Shown in pieces: positions 1-11,933 of a stretch of 64,000 nt of DNA (its first letter is position 1; each line of letters begins with the position of its first letter). Origin of the DNA: Isurus oxyrinchus (lineage: Eukaryota); contig JANJGN010000026.1 of assembly GCA_026770705.1 (NCBI GenBank), positions 36,518,001-36,582,000 on the forward strand. Reading direction: 5' to 3'. A model generated the notes under the pieces. The model was not told the origin of the DNA. It made no database searches and saw only the letters and a list, made by a program, of their open reading frames with translations. The position numbers were made by a program, and so were the translations under genes.

Positions 1-151
1 ATAGGGATGGTTTCTTGAGTGATGTTGCAATGGCCCCAGCCCTCTGCAGTGTGCACGTGGAACAATGAACTGAACAGAGCCCGGGTTCCTTCTCCACTTC
101 TCAATCTCTGGATCGTTGAATTCACATTCACTGAGAAAGATTCAGTCAGAC

Positions 152-728
152 ATATTTCTGATAATACTGACAGCTGTCTTGGACTGTCAATGCTGGATTA
201 TGTTCATCATTAAAATAAACAAATTAACACATTGATCCAATTGCAGCTTGTACAGGTATTCAATGTTGTTAGCGATCCTGTATATGCATATTATGGACAG
301 TTTGGTAGGTGGGAATTTACATAAACTCATACAGCTAAACACAGGTTTAGATCGATCCGGTTTAACCTCCTGGATTTTGTTCCTCTAACTTCACAGGTGG
401 ACTATGTGCAGATGCAGTAACACAGTCTCTGGTGACACTGGCCGTGTCAGAAGGGGGTTTGGTGAAGTGAGACTGCGGATATAAAACCCTGTATTTATAC
501 ATCATGTAACAGTATTGGCAGAAACCGGCACAGCCTCCAAGCTGGATCATTAGCAAAGCAGCAGCACTGAAGGGATTGAAAATCTGAGAACGATATCTGG
601 CTGCTGCTGACGAGGCTGCACAGCCCGATTACCTCAATGTAAGCAGCCTGGGTGTGGAGGACCGGGCGGTCAACTCATGTGCAGCGAGACACAATGTCAG
701 ATAAAATCGAAGAACCCGGACAGTAAGC
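152..728 (+). pseudogene. TCR alpha/delta V pseudogene (family of the 52516-53014 and 55683 segments)
   Basis: Leader start is ATA where the paralog at 53014 has ATG. The V exon from 397 reads GLCADAVTQSLVTLAVSEGGLVK*DC with several stops. RSS is CACAATG(690)-23 bp-ACAGTAAGC(720-728). Confidence 0.88.
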
Positions 729-1510
729 TCAGCGAGTGTTCACAGCTCCATTAATTTCTCTTTGGCTCTTTCATCTGCGGGAAACAAAGCCGACTGAGAA
801 CAAAGATTAGCAGGTTTGTTTATCAAACAATTGCATTGCTGTTTTTGTCCTTCTCCACATCAACAGGGAACAGGTCTGGGAAATCTTGAGCCTTATCTTC
901 AAGTCCGGAGCTCTATCTACTCGGTAAATGTCTCGAAGTTCACCCGGAATATTGATGTGTGAACAGAGGTAGAGAAGGTTCTCAGATATTCAGTAACTAA
1001 AGCCTAACATTATGAAATGTTCTTCCAGGCCGTTAACTCAGGCAGACCAGAGGACATTCTTCGCCATTCATTCCTGTAACAAAATATAGAATTTATCCAA
1101 GTCTGGGACTAGATGTAACATATAAAATATACAACGCCGATTTTTACCTAGACTCAGCATATAACACGACAATTGTTACAATAAAGGGATGCGGAGAGCA
1201 TCTGATTTCGATTTCGACAGGGAATAACTGAACGTAGAAAGTTTTTTTAGGTATTTTTGCTCTGATATTAAAGAGTGATCACATGTCAGGGGCAGAATCA
1301 CTTATTGGGATATCGAGGGAGAGTGTTAATAAACATGCAGCTCTCTGATAATGGCACAGGCGACAAACGGTCGTAAGAACAAACATCACAGGCCTCGCGT
1401 TTGCCAGTCGCTGGCACTTCAAAACATTAAAATGTGAATCGAGCACCGATCCAGATGGTTTTCCAGGAAAAATATCCTGCTGGTATTTCAGAACCAATAT
1501 CTGAAATATA

Positions 1511-1930
1511 ATGCACCCTGCTGGGGCTTTCACCCTTATATTTCCATGGAGCTGTTCTGACTTAAGAAAAATAAGTTGGTTGATAACGATTGTTTTGCAT
1601 GATTAGTTTGCATTTACAGCGGCCTGTGGTGCAGATAGTATATCCTTAAGCGAGCAGGGGACGGCGCAGGTGGGGAAAGAGGCTCAAATCCGAATACCAG
1701 GAATGATTGGATTCCGTGGTGCCGGAAATTATCATTCCCCACAGCAGAATTCATAATCTCCCTCTATCAGGGCAGAGCAACCAAGGAAACCGAACGGTTT
1801 GGAAAGTGTCTTGACTGGAAAATGATTTTAACACTCTTTGTAGGTAAGAAACGGCAGTTTCAGACACCTGGGTGTATGATTGCAGGAAGAGGCACATGTG
1901 GAAAACGCTTACCGATCCTGTAGAACGACT
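1511..1930 (+). pseudogene. Highly degraded TCR V relic
   Basis: Leader-like MHPAGAFTLIFPW and an acceptor ending at 1619. Frameshifted fragments read ACGADSIS..QVGKEAQI, WCRK..AEFIISLY and SDTWVYDC. A decayed RSS CACATGT lies at 1893. Confidence 0.55.
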
Positions 1931-2160
1931 CTCATTCTTCTCAATCATCGAGTTAATTACTTTCATCCTCACCACCTCGAGTAACCCTTTGTCAGCACAA
2001 CAAAGAAAAATTATAGTATTGCCTTATAGTGTCATCTGACAAAGATCTGAAAGGTTAATGGCGTTGATGCTGTGGGCGGACACATTTGTTAGAACCCGAA
2101 AGGACCTGGGATTGATGTGTCCGTGATTTCACCCGGAAACATCAAATATGATGGGCTAAT

Positions 2161-2293
2161 NNNNNNNNNNNNNNNNNNNNNNNNNNNNNNNNNNNNNNNN
2201 NNNNNNNNNNNNNNNNNNNNNNNNNNNNNNNNNNNNNNNNNNNNNNNNNNNNNNNNNNNNNNNNNNNNNNNNNNNNNNNNNNNNNNNNNNNNN
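2161..2293. other. Assembly gap (133 N)
   Basis: Run of N. It corresponds to the (GT)n-containing stretch 60644-60744 in the duplicate copy. Confidence 0.99.
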
Positions 2294-2764
2294 GGGGTTG
2301 GATTGGTAAAGATGTGTGAGAAAACCAGGGATGCATTAGAGATTGATATAATATTTCTGCTGTTTAATTGTATACCTCTGGAAATTAGCAACAGCTCCCT
2401 TGTTATGTAATGGCCTCGTGAGCCTGGTGACTGTTGAAAATAACGTGTTAATCAATACATCTGGGATCAGCTGCTCCTATTGAATAATTCACCAGTTATC
2501 TCCTACGTTAAGTTTAAATACCTGAAGTGTATGTGAGGAATTTAATTTCTTATTGTCCAACGGTTAAGTTTGTATTATTGCAGTGAATGAAGTCAGTTAA
2601 AAGCAATCTATTGCTGTGAGCTTGTTGATGTTTTGTGCGAAATCACTAGATTCAACGTTTCAAATCAAGAATGAAACGGAGCTTAATTTCCACAGGATAA
2701 AGTAAGCGGTCTCTGTTTGTCTTTCATTCCTTGATCAATCTCCTCTAACAATACACTGAATGGC

Positions 2765-3005
2765 TTCAGAATGGTATCTACAAAACGCACTGCTGGAACT
2801 CACCAAGTCTCTTTCAACAGCACATTCCAAACCCGCGGCCACGGAATCTAGAAGGACAAGGGCAGCAGATAGATGGGAACACCATCACCTGGAAGTTCCC
2901 CTCCAAATCACTCACCATCCTGACTTGGAAATATATCGCCGTTCCTTCATTGTTGCCGCGTCAAAATCCTGGGTCTCCCTCCCTAATAGCACTGTGGGTG
3001 TACAC
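2765..3005 (+). mobile_element. 3' fragment of a common chondrichthyan LINE-derived repeat
   Basis: Matches the reverse complement of the copies at 3255-3495, 7230-7385, 31490-31860 and 36735-37110. Confidence 0.7.
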
Positions 3006-3204
3006 TGCTGCAATGAAAACTTCAAATTGATGAATGAGTCTCTAGTAGCGATATGAGGGAAATTGCGCTCTCGCAGTTTCTGAAACTTAACGAAAAAATA
3101 TCAGCAGCATCTTTTGTGGCCACCTAATGTGGCTATTTGAATGTATATGTATGTTTGCTCTTGTATGTTTATCTGTATGTACCCATGCGGTGTTCCGATG
3201 TTCT

Positions 3205-3219
3205 CCAGTGGAGGGCGCT
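3205..3219 (+). promoter_or_regulatory. Candidate CTCF site
   Basis: CCAGTGGAGGGCGCT matches the CTCF core, with a TGCGGTGTTCC upstream-motif-like sequence at 3186. Confidence 0.55.
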
Positions 3220-3254
3220 CGCTACTGACTTGACCAACTGCAGGATGAGTTTTT

Positions 3255-3495
3255 TCATTCATTTATGGGGTGTGGGAGCCGCTAGCTGGATGAGCATTTA
3301 TCGCCCTTCCCTTATTACTCTTGAGAAGGTGGTGGTGAGCTGCCTTCTTGAACCGCTGCTGAACTTGTGGTGTAGACAAACCGACAGTGCTGATAGTGGG
3401 GGAGTTCCTGGAACTTCACCCAGCGACAGTGCAGGAACGGCTGACATATTTCCAAGTTAGTTTGGTGTGTGGCTTGGAGGGGAACTTCCAGGAGG
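3255..3495 (-). mobile_element. LINE 3'-end repeat fragment
   Basis: Contains GAGAAGGTGGTGGTGAGCTGCCTTCTTGAACCGCTGC, shared with several other copies in the window. Confidence 0.7.
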
Positions 3496-3499
3496 TGTT

Positions 3500-3958
3500 G
3501 TATGTTTGTGTGGTTATGAAAGTGTCCAGCAGAGGACAGGTTGCTAAATGTCTGCATGTGTGCTTGTGTGTGTGATTATGTTAGTGTCCAGCAGAGGGTA
3601 AATTGCCAAAGATGTGCCTAAGGGTGATTATGACGGTGTCCAGCAGAGTGTAGATTGCTAAAATTGTGCATCCCTTTGTGCGTGTGTGTGTATGTGTGTG
3701 TGTGCGTGTGTGTGTGTATGTGTGATTATGGCAGTCGCAGCAGAGAGTAGATTGCTAAAGGTGTGTGAGGGTGTGTGTGTGTATGATCATGACAGTGCAC
3801 AGCAGAGGGAAGGGACTGAAGGGGTGTATGTGTCTGCATGTGAGTGTGTGTGAGAGAGTGCGTGTGATTGAGTGCGTGTGTGTGTGTTTGCGTGTGTGTG
3901 CGTGTGTATGTGATTGTGACAGTGTCCAGCAGAGTGTAGGTTGCTAAGGGTGTGTGTG

Positions 3959-4003
<45 letters not shown>

Positions 4004-4045
4004 GCGTGTGTGTGTGACTGTGTGATTCCGAAAGTGTCCAGCACA
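3500..4045. repeat. Compound minisatellite: GTGTCCAGCAGAG(T/G)GTAG(A/G)TTGCTAAA units separated by (GT)n
   Basis: About 7 copies of the core with variable GT tracts between them. This is the source of the spurious His/Thr and Cys/Val ORFs. Confidence 0.9.
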
Positions 4046-4429
4046 GCAGCAAATGGCGATGTCGAATTGAAGGGCCGCATATTAAGGGAACCATTTCGTT
4101 TTCATTGTGTAAAACAGCAGACGCCATGACTGGGACATGTGGAAGCATTTACCCCGTCACCGAGCTACAATACTCAGTGAACATCTTAGAGCTTCCAAGC
4201 GCTATTGGACATGGCAAAAGAGATTTCGCAGAGGTTGGCGAGTAACCACAGTGCAGTGATACCCAGGACAATTGACAATCTCTTCATTCTGAAAGGTGTT
4301 CAGAACCTGATTATTCGCCATTTTTTCCTGAAAGACAAAAGTAGAATATTTCAAAAGTCAGGGAGTAACCCTGGAAAACACGCTGGCTCTTCGAAACTGG
4401 GTTCACTGCGCAATTTGAGTTCTCTAAAT

Positions 4430-4672
4430 AATCTGTAAATAAAAGCCTAATGATGACCATGGAACCATTGCCGATTGCCATTAATAAGCCCATTTGGTTC
4501 ACTAATGTCCCTAAGGGACGTAAATCCGCTGCCCTTACCTGGACTGGCCTACATCCGACTCGTGGGCCACATCAATGTGGTTGACTCTTAAATGCCCTTG
4601 AACCAGGGCAATTGGAGCTAGGCACTAAATGCTGGCCTAATCAGCAATGCCAACATCCCAGGAACGAATAAA
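4430..4672 (+). mobile_element. HE1-like SINE 3' portion
   Basis: GGTTCACTAATGTCCC..CCTTACCTGG.CTGGCCTACAT body plus a LINE-like tail. Related copies lie at 7735-7960, 24390-24660 and 57960-58230. Confidence 0.6.
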
Positions 4673-5448
4673 AGCAAATGTTTAGAAGGTCTATTTTCTT
4701 CCAGACTCTAAGTACGAAGGACTTCCATGTGCAGTGTCCAATAAACAGTAGGCGTTAGAATCGATAAAATATAATCCCCACAGGATAGAGAGAAGTTAAA
4801 CACAGCAGGGGTTCCGTTCAAATCGCACACGAAAAGCTGAGAACCACAAATGCTGCGAATCTGAAATAAAAGAGCAGAAAATTCTGGAAAAGTAAAGGTT
4901 AGCCGGATAGGCAGCCTCCCAGTGGAGAGAGGATCAGAGCTAACGTTTCTGATTGGTGAAATTTTATCAGAACTACAAGATCTGGAAGTGCAGTAACTTT
5001 AGTGCAATATTTTGGTGTGACAAGGGATGTTTCATAGTACGGGATCCGGTTAATCTTTGTAGCAGTGCGTGGCTCATAGCGCGAGGACACTCCGGCGGGG
5101 CGGAGGGTAGTTCCCAGCGATGTTTAAAGCAATCCTTCTGATTTCCTTTGCAAAACAACAGATACTTGTCCGGAGTCACAAGAACCAGGCAAGTGTTTGA
5201 TCCGCAACACTAACTATAAATTAGGAACCATCCTGTCTGTGAGCAGAGTGCTTGCAGTCCAGCTCGGGGCGTATCCATTCACTAGCAGTCAGCTCCACAC
5301 CCAGCACCACTGGCGGCACAAAGGAGTGAGGCGGGACTATCCTGAGTCACGAGAGCAGATTATTGAGGATGGGCTTTAGAACAGGTTTTCTCAAATATCC
5401 GACTGCCCTTTTACAGAGCGACAATGCAGGGGTTAGAACGGGTGTCCT

Positions 5449-5713
5449 CACCTGAGGCACGTCATCAGGTTATTGAGGGCGGGGTTTAGAATTGGTGTTT
5501 TCACCTGAGGCACGTCATCAGATCATTGAGGGCGGGTTTCAGAATGGGTTCCTGCACGTGAGACACATCATCAGATTATTGAGGGTGAGGTTTTGAATGG
5601 GTATTTTCACGTGCGATTCATCATTAGATTGTTGAAGGCAGGGTTTAGATTGCGTGTTTTCACCTGAGATACGTCATCAGATTATTGAGGGCGGGGTTCA
5701 GAATGGGTGCCTT
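5449..5713 (+). promoter_or_regulatory. Five tandem 53-bp promoter repeats carrying E-box, CRE-like and GC-box motifs
   Basis: CACCTG/CACGTG at 5449, 5502, 5555, 5608 and 5661, followed by ACGTCA-like and GGGCGGGG-like motifs. The array lies directly upstream of TTTATA and the V leader ATG at 5753. Confidence 0.8.
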
Positions 5714-5752
5714 CAAATAGCCGACTGCCCTTTTATAGACCGGACAGCGACA

Positions 5753-6243
5753 ATGCATCTACTCGGCACTTTGGTTCTTTGGGGATTATTGATCACAGGC
5801 AATTGTGGACTTAACATCAAGTCAACTTTGCTCCCGTTTCCTCGTCATGGTTCAAGTCATGTTTTAATCAGCCACCGTTCATATATTGCCTGATTTTGTT
5901 TTGTTTTCAGATCTCTGCGATGGAGATTCAGTCACTCAGCCGCTGCCCCCGCGTGTTAAGGCAGAAGGAGAACCGGTGACACTGACCTGTAGCTTCGATC
6001 ATACAGCAAGCGAGTATAGTCTATTCTGGTACCAACAACACCCAGACACACATCTCTAGTATACGCTCAGAAAGGATAGTGATGGTGATGAATTTAAAGC
6101 AGATTTTGCTGAAACTCGCTTCTTTTCTGACCTTCAAATCTCCAACAAAATCATCTACTTATCCATCAGCGGGTCTGCAGTGTATTACTGCGCTTTCTGG
6201 CACTCATAGTGACAGAATGCAGCCTCACCCCTGTACAAGAACT
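5753..6243 (+). pseudogene. TCR Vdelta-like pseudogene
   Basis: Leader MHLLGTLVLWGLLIT (5753-5798, GC donor). The V exon from 5911 reads DSVTQ..VTLTC..WYQQHPDTHL*..KADFAETRF..SAVYYCAFW, with a TAG stop and an FR3 deletion. RSS is CATAGTG(6205)-23-ACAAGAACT. Confidence 0.93.
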
Positions 6244-7734
6244 GCGGAGGGGGATTCAATGACTGTTGCGCATTGTGGTGAATCTCGGGCACATTTAGCC
6301 GCTCAACACACACACCAGGAGGAAACCAAATGAACCTCTGATCGAACTGTCACACAGCAGTTTTCTAAGAGACGTTAAGAGAATAAATCTGCATCTTCGC
6401 ATCGGGCAGAGAGACACAGAAGGGAATCCTATTGGGAGAGAGCCATTCACATCCCCACCCTCACTAACTTGCTGCCAGGTGAGAATGGTCGATGCTGAGC
6501 TGCATGTCAGTGAACTGGAACACCTTGAGATCGGCTGCACTCAATGGCCTGTTTGGAGTAATGGTTCTGGTGTTCGAGACCTGGGTGGAAATGGGAACGC
6601 CTGGCTAATCAACTGGAAAGCAATGTTAATGGAGGAACAAATGTCCCAGCATTAGGAAGATGCCCTGAAGCACAATGGGCACTGAGGGCGGTCTATGCTT
6701 GGGTTTGTTTCAATGACCACAGTCACTAATTTGCAAGATCGTCTGACTGTGGAGAAACTGATTATGATCCAATAAGACACTTAGATTCACCATATCATGT
6801 GAACAGGCCTTGTTTCCCTAAAACTGTCAGGGGAGATGGAGATAGAGAAATAGCTGCTGACAGGGCAGGAAAAGATTTTTTTAAAAGACGTGGTGCATTT
6901 ATGACATTCAACTTTGGTTTATATTGCAAGTCGAAATAAACAAATATAAATCCAGAATTAATTCTCACCTGCATTCAATGGGCACAATATGCATAAAGGG
7001 AGAAGGCTGCGTGTAAGGAAAGGAATTTCCAAGATCTAACAAGTGTGAAAATCCTTCAGCATCTCACAACTCAGTGCTGCGCTGTTTACTGATATATCAG
7101 GCAGGTCTCCCTGACACTCGCTGTGGAGTTTGAATGACCCCTCCTCCTCATTGGTGTGAGGAAGCCCTCTAGTGGGCATTGACCTCAGTGTGAGGTCTTT
7201 TTACGGGCTCCTGGAAGGCACGTTCACTATTTATTTGTTATTCATTCGCGCGATGTGGGTGTCACTGGCTGGGCCAGCATTTATTGCCCATTCCTTGTTG
7301 CTCTTGAGAAGGTGGTGGTGAGCTGCCTTCTTGAACCGCTGCAGTCCATGTGGTGTAGGTATACCCACATTGCTGTTAGGAGGTAGGGCTGGGCGGAATT
7401 CAACGATTTTCACTGGCAGTTGAATATTTGCCTCGTTTTCAGGATAACCCCCAAACCCTCCCTTTTTTTCAAGTGCCACCCATGACATGTGCACCTAATC
7501 GAGCCAACTGGGTTCCTGCGTCCGCATCTCAAATGGAAGAGGGAACCTCCAGGAGCGTCAAACCTCTTTCAGTAACGGGACTGGCAGCAGCGCCCTAAAT
7601 TTTGAGCTCAAATCGCTGCAACAAGATTTAGAAACAGGCTCTACTGCCTCAGATGCCAGGGCCTTACCACTGAGGCAAATCTAAACCGCAGGATCTATAC
7701 TTTAGACCCGCTCCTGTTAATCACAGTGCATTCG

Positions 7735-7960
7735 AGGAGAGGCGTCGGCATAATGGTCTTGTAACTGGACTAACACCAGCGTGATGCTCTTTGTTCCCGG
7801 GTTCGACCCATGACACCTGATCAGGAAATTGCAATTCTAATGTTATCCTCATTCAATGGAAGTCTGCCGTAAAAAAGAGAATCTAATGCCACTTTAGGGA
7901 ATGAAATCTGTCGTTCTGGCCTGCATGTGGTTCAGTTATAGGTCAGGATGCCCCTCAGAT
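7735..7960 (+). mobile_element. tRNA-derived SINE (HE1-like), degraded
   Basis: A-box-like GGCATAATGG and B-box-like GGTTCGACCC, with a body similar to 4430-4672. Confidence 0.55.
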
Positions 7961-8210
7961 CAATTAGAGTTCCATCGGCTTTGTGTGCACATTTTATTTG
8001 GTTCTGATCAGCCGGTCACGGCCTTTATGTTTGGAGTCTATGAATTTAGCCCATGGAAGTGAGATCTGCCCACCCTCCCAGCTGTTTCTATTTGGTGTTC
8101 CGCAGGGAGCGACATCGGACCTGTAGGAAAGTGACGCCAGTGCTTTTTGATTGGATATACTGCAACTCTCTGAGACACAGAGAAGCCCCTGGGATTATGG
8201 AGCAGCAGCA

Positions 8211-9239
8211 ACGAGGCTCTCCGTTCTCGCTGTAGCCTGGGGGCATTCATTGTCGATAAGAGGATGAAACGTTTATAAAAAAGAATATTAATTTCTGGAT
8301 GAATCAATGTGAAAAGCAGAGAGTTAATGTAATCCTTTTACCGACCGGTTGTTGGACCACATTTGCAGTATTACCAAAAGGAGATAGAAAATCAGGAGGA
8401 ATAATTGGAGAGGATGGGGTTGTTCTTCCCAGTTAAGTCAGGACTGAGGGACAAGGTGGGAGAGATCTGTAAATGGCTGAAGGAGTTTGATGGGGTTGAA
8501 ATGGAAAATCTTTCCACATGTCACAGATCATAAAGCTACGAGCCACAAATACAGGAGTGGGAAAAGTTATCCAAAGGGGGATTCAGGAGAAGGTTTATTC
8601 CCATGGAACGGTTAAAGTGTTGAATTCACCTTCACAAAGAGGGTTTCGGGTGAATAGTATCCCTAATATAATTGGACAGGTGAAGGGGGAATGAAGAGAA
8701 GGATATGTTGAGAGAGAAAACGAAGAGTGATGGAAGGTACTCCTGGTGATTGTAAACACCCACAGACACCAGTTGTGCCCAATAACCTTTTCTATCATCT
8801 GAATTATATCTACATCAATATAACACTGTCTGTGAACTATTGCTGTCAGTTCAGTTCAATTGAAGTAATACTCTCTGATTTCCTCTTCCTTTGACCGTGT
8901 GTTCCAGATCTGAGCGATGGAGATTCTGTTACTCAGCGCGAATCCTCGCTCACACAGGCAGAGCGAGAAGATGTCGCTTTAACCTGCATCTTTACCGGCG
9001 ATGGTTATTACTTATCCTGGTGCTGTCAATACCCAGACAGACAGCCCGAGTTTGCACTCCAGAGACACATGCGCGGTGATTCTGAATTTAAGGCGGATTT
9101 TGCTGAGAGCCGGTTTTCTGATACATTCCAGCAGACAGACAGATTGTACCGACTGACCTTCTCGGAGCTGCGGCTGTCTGACACCGCAGTATATTACTGT
9201 GCACTGAGTCTCATAGCGATTGTTCCTCGTTCAATAACT
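8211..9239 (+). pseudogene. TCR Vdelta-like pseudogene with a 12-bp-spacer RSS (paralog of 56694-57622)
   Basis: The leader has ACG for ATG, a frameshift and a mutated donor. V exon 8908-9211 is open: DSVTQRESS..ALTC..WCCQ..KADFAESRF..SDTAVYYCALS. RSS is CATAGCG(9212)-12-TCAATAACT(9231-9239). Confidence 0.9.
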
Positions 9240-9394
9240 GCTGCAGCTTTCTGGGTTACAGCTTCTCTCTGTTGAGGGCTGTTTATCACAGCGGGTCAGA
9301 CACTGTCACGTGAATCCATTCCTCCTAGCAATAAAACAAGCACAGGAACAAGTACAACAAAAACTGCATCTGAAATCGGTCCCTTTGAATGCTG

Positions 9395-10230
9395 ACCCTC
9401 TTCCTGATGATTGCATTAACGTTATGGGGGCTGAATTGGCTGCTCGCCATTCCCCATTTCCCAAAACTATCTCCAGACCCTTTCTTGGAACCGTTCTACC
9501 AGTTTAGCTTCAGAGGCAGTTCGTGGCAAACAGAAAAGGAATAATTGTTCTGAAACATCAGTCTGCAGTGGAAACAGCAGTACTCCAAGCTATAAGGGCG
9601 TAATAATTATATGAACCAGTAAATGTTCCTAAATGTAAAAGAAATTTGGACATATTAAAACAGAGCATGTGTAATCTGAGCAGTTCCTGAAAGTGTGCTG
9701 CCATCTTGCGGGAGAAATCAGAATTTTCCCCGTCATTGTTTCCTTCAGTTCAGAGAACTGTTGTTCAGGAATTATCTTCCGAAGACACTCAAAGGGCACA
9801 AATCCCTAGGGCAATCCTCATAAGCACCATCTAATTACGTTCATGTTGAACAATGGCTCTCTCTTTGATGATTGTATGAACGGAATGAGGGCAGAATTGG
9901 CTGCTCCTTATTCCCATTAAGAAAACACACTCCCACCCGCTTTCCTGGTGCCAGTTCAGTTGGTTTCCCGCTTCTTCTGACATGGCTGCAATAATTGGTT
10001 GTTTCTACCGGCCTGCAGGGGAAGCAGAAGTCCGCCAGCTCGAGACGATTCGAATAATTTGATGAGCCTGTTTAAATGTCCCTCAGTGTTAAAGACTTTC
10101 GGACATATTGAAAAGAATTTTCTGAGGTGTTGCTGCCACCTAGTGGAAGCAATCAGAATGCCGCCGGCAATATTTTCTTCAATTCAGAGCGACTGCTTAG
10201 GAGTAATATTTCTAGGAGACTCAAAAGGTA
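9395..10230. repeat. Diverged ~450-bp tandem duplication, each unit with a CTCF-like motif
   Basis: GATGATTG..GAATTGGCTGCTC at ~9406 and ~9867. Minus-strand CCGCAAGATGGCAGCA at 9696-9711 and CCACTAGGTGGCAGCA at 10131-10146. Confidence 0.75.
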
Positions 10231-10509
10231 AGTAAGATCGATTGTTGTAATTCTATATCGTGATATTACTATAGTTGCTGCACTAGGGTGTACCTCTTTT
10301 TATATCACATTACACTGAGTGGTCAGCATTGATTGTTGCCTGAATATACAGTGTGTGAAGGCGTAAGTTTGGTGAGTGAGGGTGTTCAGTGAAGATACAA
10401 ATTAATTAATCAAAATAAATGTAATTCGCTCAGTAAAGATGGCAGGAGAGGTGATGTGTCTCGGCTGCAGCATGTGTGAGCTACTGGCTTGCACTGCAAT
10501 CCATGGCAA

Positions 10510-11044
10510 CCACATAAGACCATAAGACTTAGGAGCAGAAGTAGGCCATTCGGCCCATCGAGTCTAGGTCCGCCATTCAGTGAGATCATGGCTATTCTGA
10601 TAATCCTCAACTCCACTTTCCTGTCTTTCCACTATCACCCATGATTCACTTACTTACTGTATTTCTCAACCTTGGATATATTTAACGACCTAGCCTCTTT
10701 GGTAAACAATTCCACAGATTGACGACCCTCTGAGAGAATAGATTCCTCCTCATCTCTATTTTAAGTGGGGGGCCCCATTGCTCTGCGATTATGCCCACCC
10801 CCACCCCCACCCCCACCCCCCCATCCCACGTCTTAGCAAACCCTGTGCCAATCTGCGTAACATCTGTCGCTTGTAAAATGCTAGAGTCAATTATTAAGGA
10901 AGTAGTAACAACCTAACTAGTGTCTTACAAATGTTCAACATGACCTCATTACTCTTTTCCACAATGCCCCTATTAATAAAGCCTAACATACTGTATGCTT
11001 TATTAACTGCTCTCTCAACATGCTGTGCCATCTTCAATAGCTTA

Positions 11045-11050
<6 letters not shown>
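10510..11050 (-). mobile_element. CR1-type LINE fragments
   Basis: Typical CR1 3' end (CATAAGA..AGGCCATTCGGCCCATCGAG) and the RT-C-terminal-like translation AVNKAYSMLGFINRGI. Confidence 0.75.
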
Positions 11051-11076
<26 letters not shown>

Positions 11077-11933
11077 CATGCAGGTTCCTTTGTGCCTGCA
11101 TCTCCTTTAGAGTTTGTCCCTTTATTTTATACTATTTCTCCATATTCTTTCGGCCAAAATGAATCGCATCACACTTCTGTGGCATTGAAATTCTTCTGGC
11201 AAACTACCCACATCTCTATGTCCTTCTGAAGTTCAAATCTATCCCAAACAAAATTCACAAAGTTTCCAATCTTTGTATTATCTGCTAGTCTTGGAATCTA
11301 TCTCAGAATAGCACAATCTAGTTTTTTACCTCCAGGTCACCATAAGAAGACAAGTGTTATTCGTGGGAGCGTTGCTGAGCTGGAAGTCAGTGAACAGAAG
11401 CAGCTCGAGCTGCGCTGCAGCCAGTGTCCTCATTGTGGGAATAGTTCCGCTGCTAGAGACCGGGGTTGGGCATAAGAGTCCGGTACGTTCATTAGGGACT
11501 GTCTCGATGTCCTGGGCCCACATACCACCTTTAACAAACACCACGCAATACGAAAACATGCACCGACCTCCCGGTTCATCACTGTGGGGTAAGGAGGGCG
11601 GCAGCACAACTGGCAGAAAGAAAAGTTCCCTACCCCCAGCCCTGTACAACAGAGTATTGTGGGAGGGGATTTCACATCCGGGTCACAATCCCAATGTAGA
11701 GTCAGAAAATTGCAGCCTCCTTTTATCAACCTGCCTCTTATTCACAAAACATTTAGCCAGCGACCCGAGAACCGTGCGGCCCATCAATGATCTCAGCTAA
11801 GCTGCCCTTTGTAAATCAACTCGATCCCCTAAGGTATTTCAGTCCAGCCCTGAAGTCCGGTCTCCCAGTGCAGTCCAGGGCTGCAGTCTCCAGCTCCCCG
11901 TCACATAAACCCCCAGCTCTAGGCAGCAGAGCG

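Larger units (their letters stand above)
1..5512 (+). repeat. Segmental duplication, copy A (near-identical to 58484-64000)
   Basis: Collinear near-identity, with an offset of 58483 at the start and 58488 at the end. The ORF-track translations are almost the same in both copies. Confidence 0.97.

Noticed and set aside
3726-4148. His/Thr- and Cys/Val-rich ORFs (also 62105-62636 and the Leu/Ser ORFs at 18497-18963)
   Set aside because: These are translations of (GT)n and (CT)n microsatellites.
7735-7815. tRNA gene
   Set aside because: Only the degenerate A/B boxes of a SINE head; no cloverleaf.
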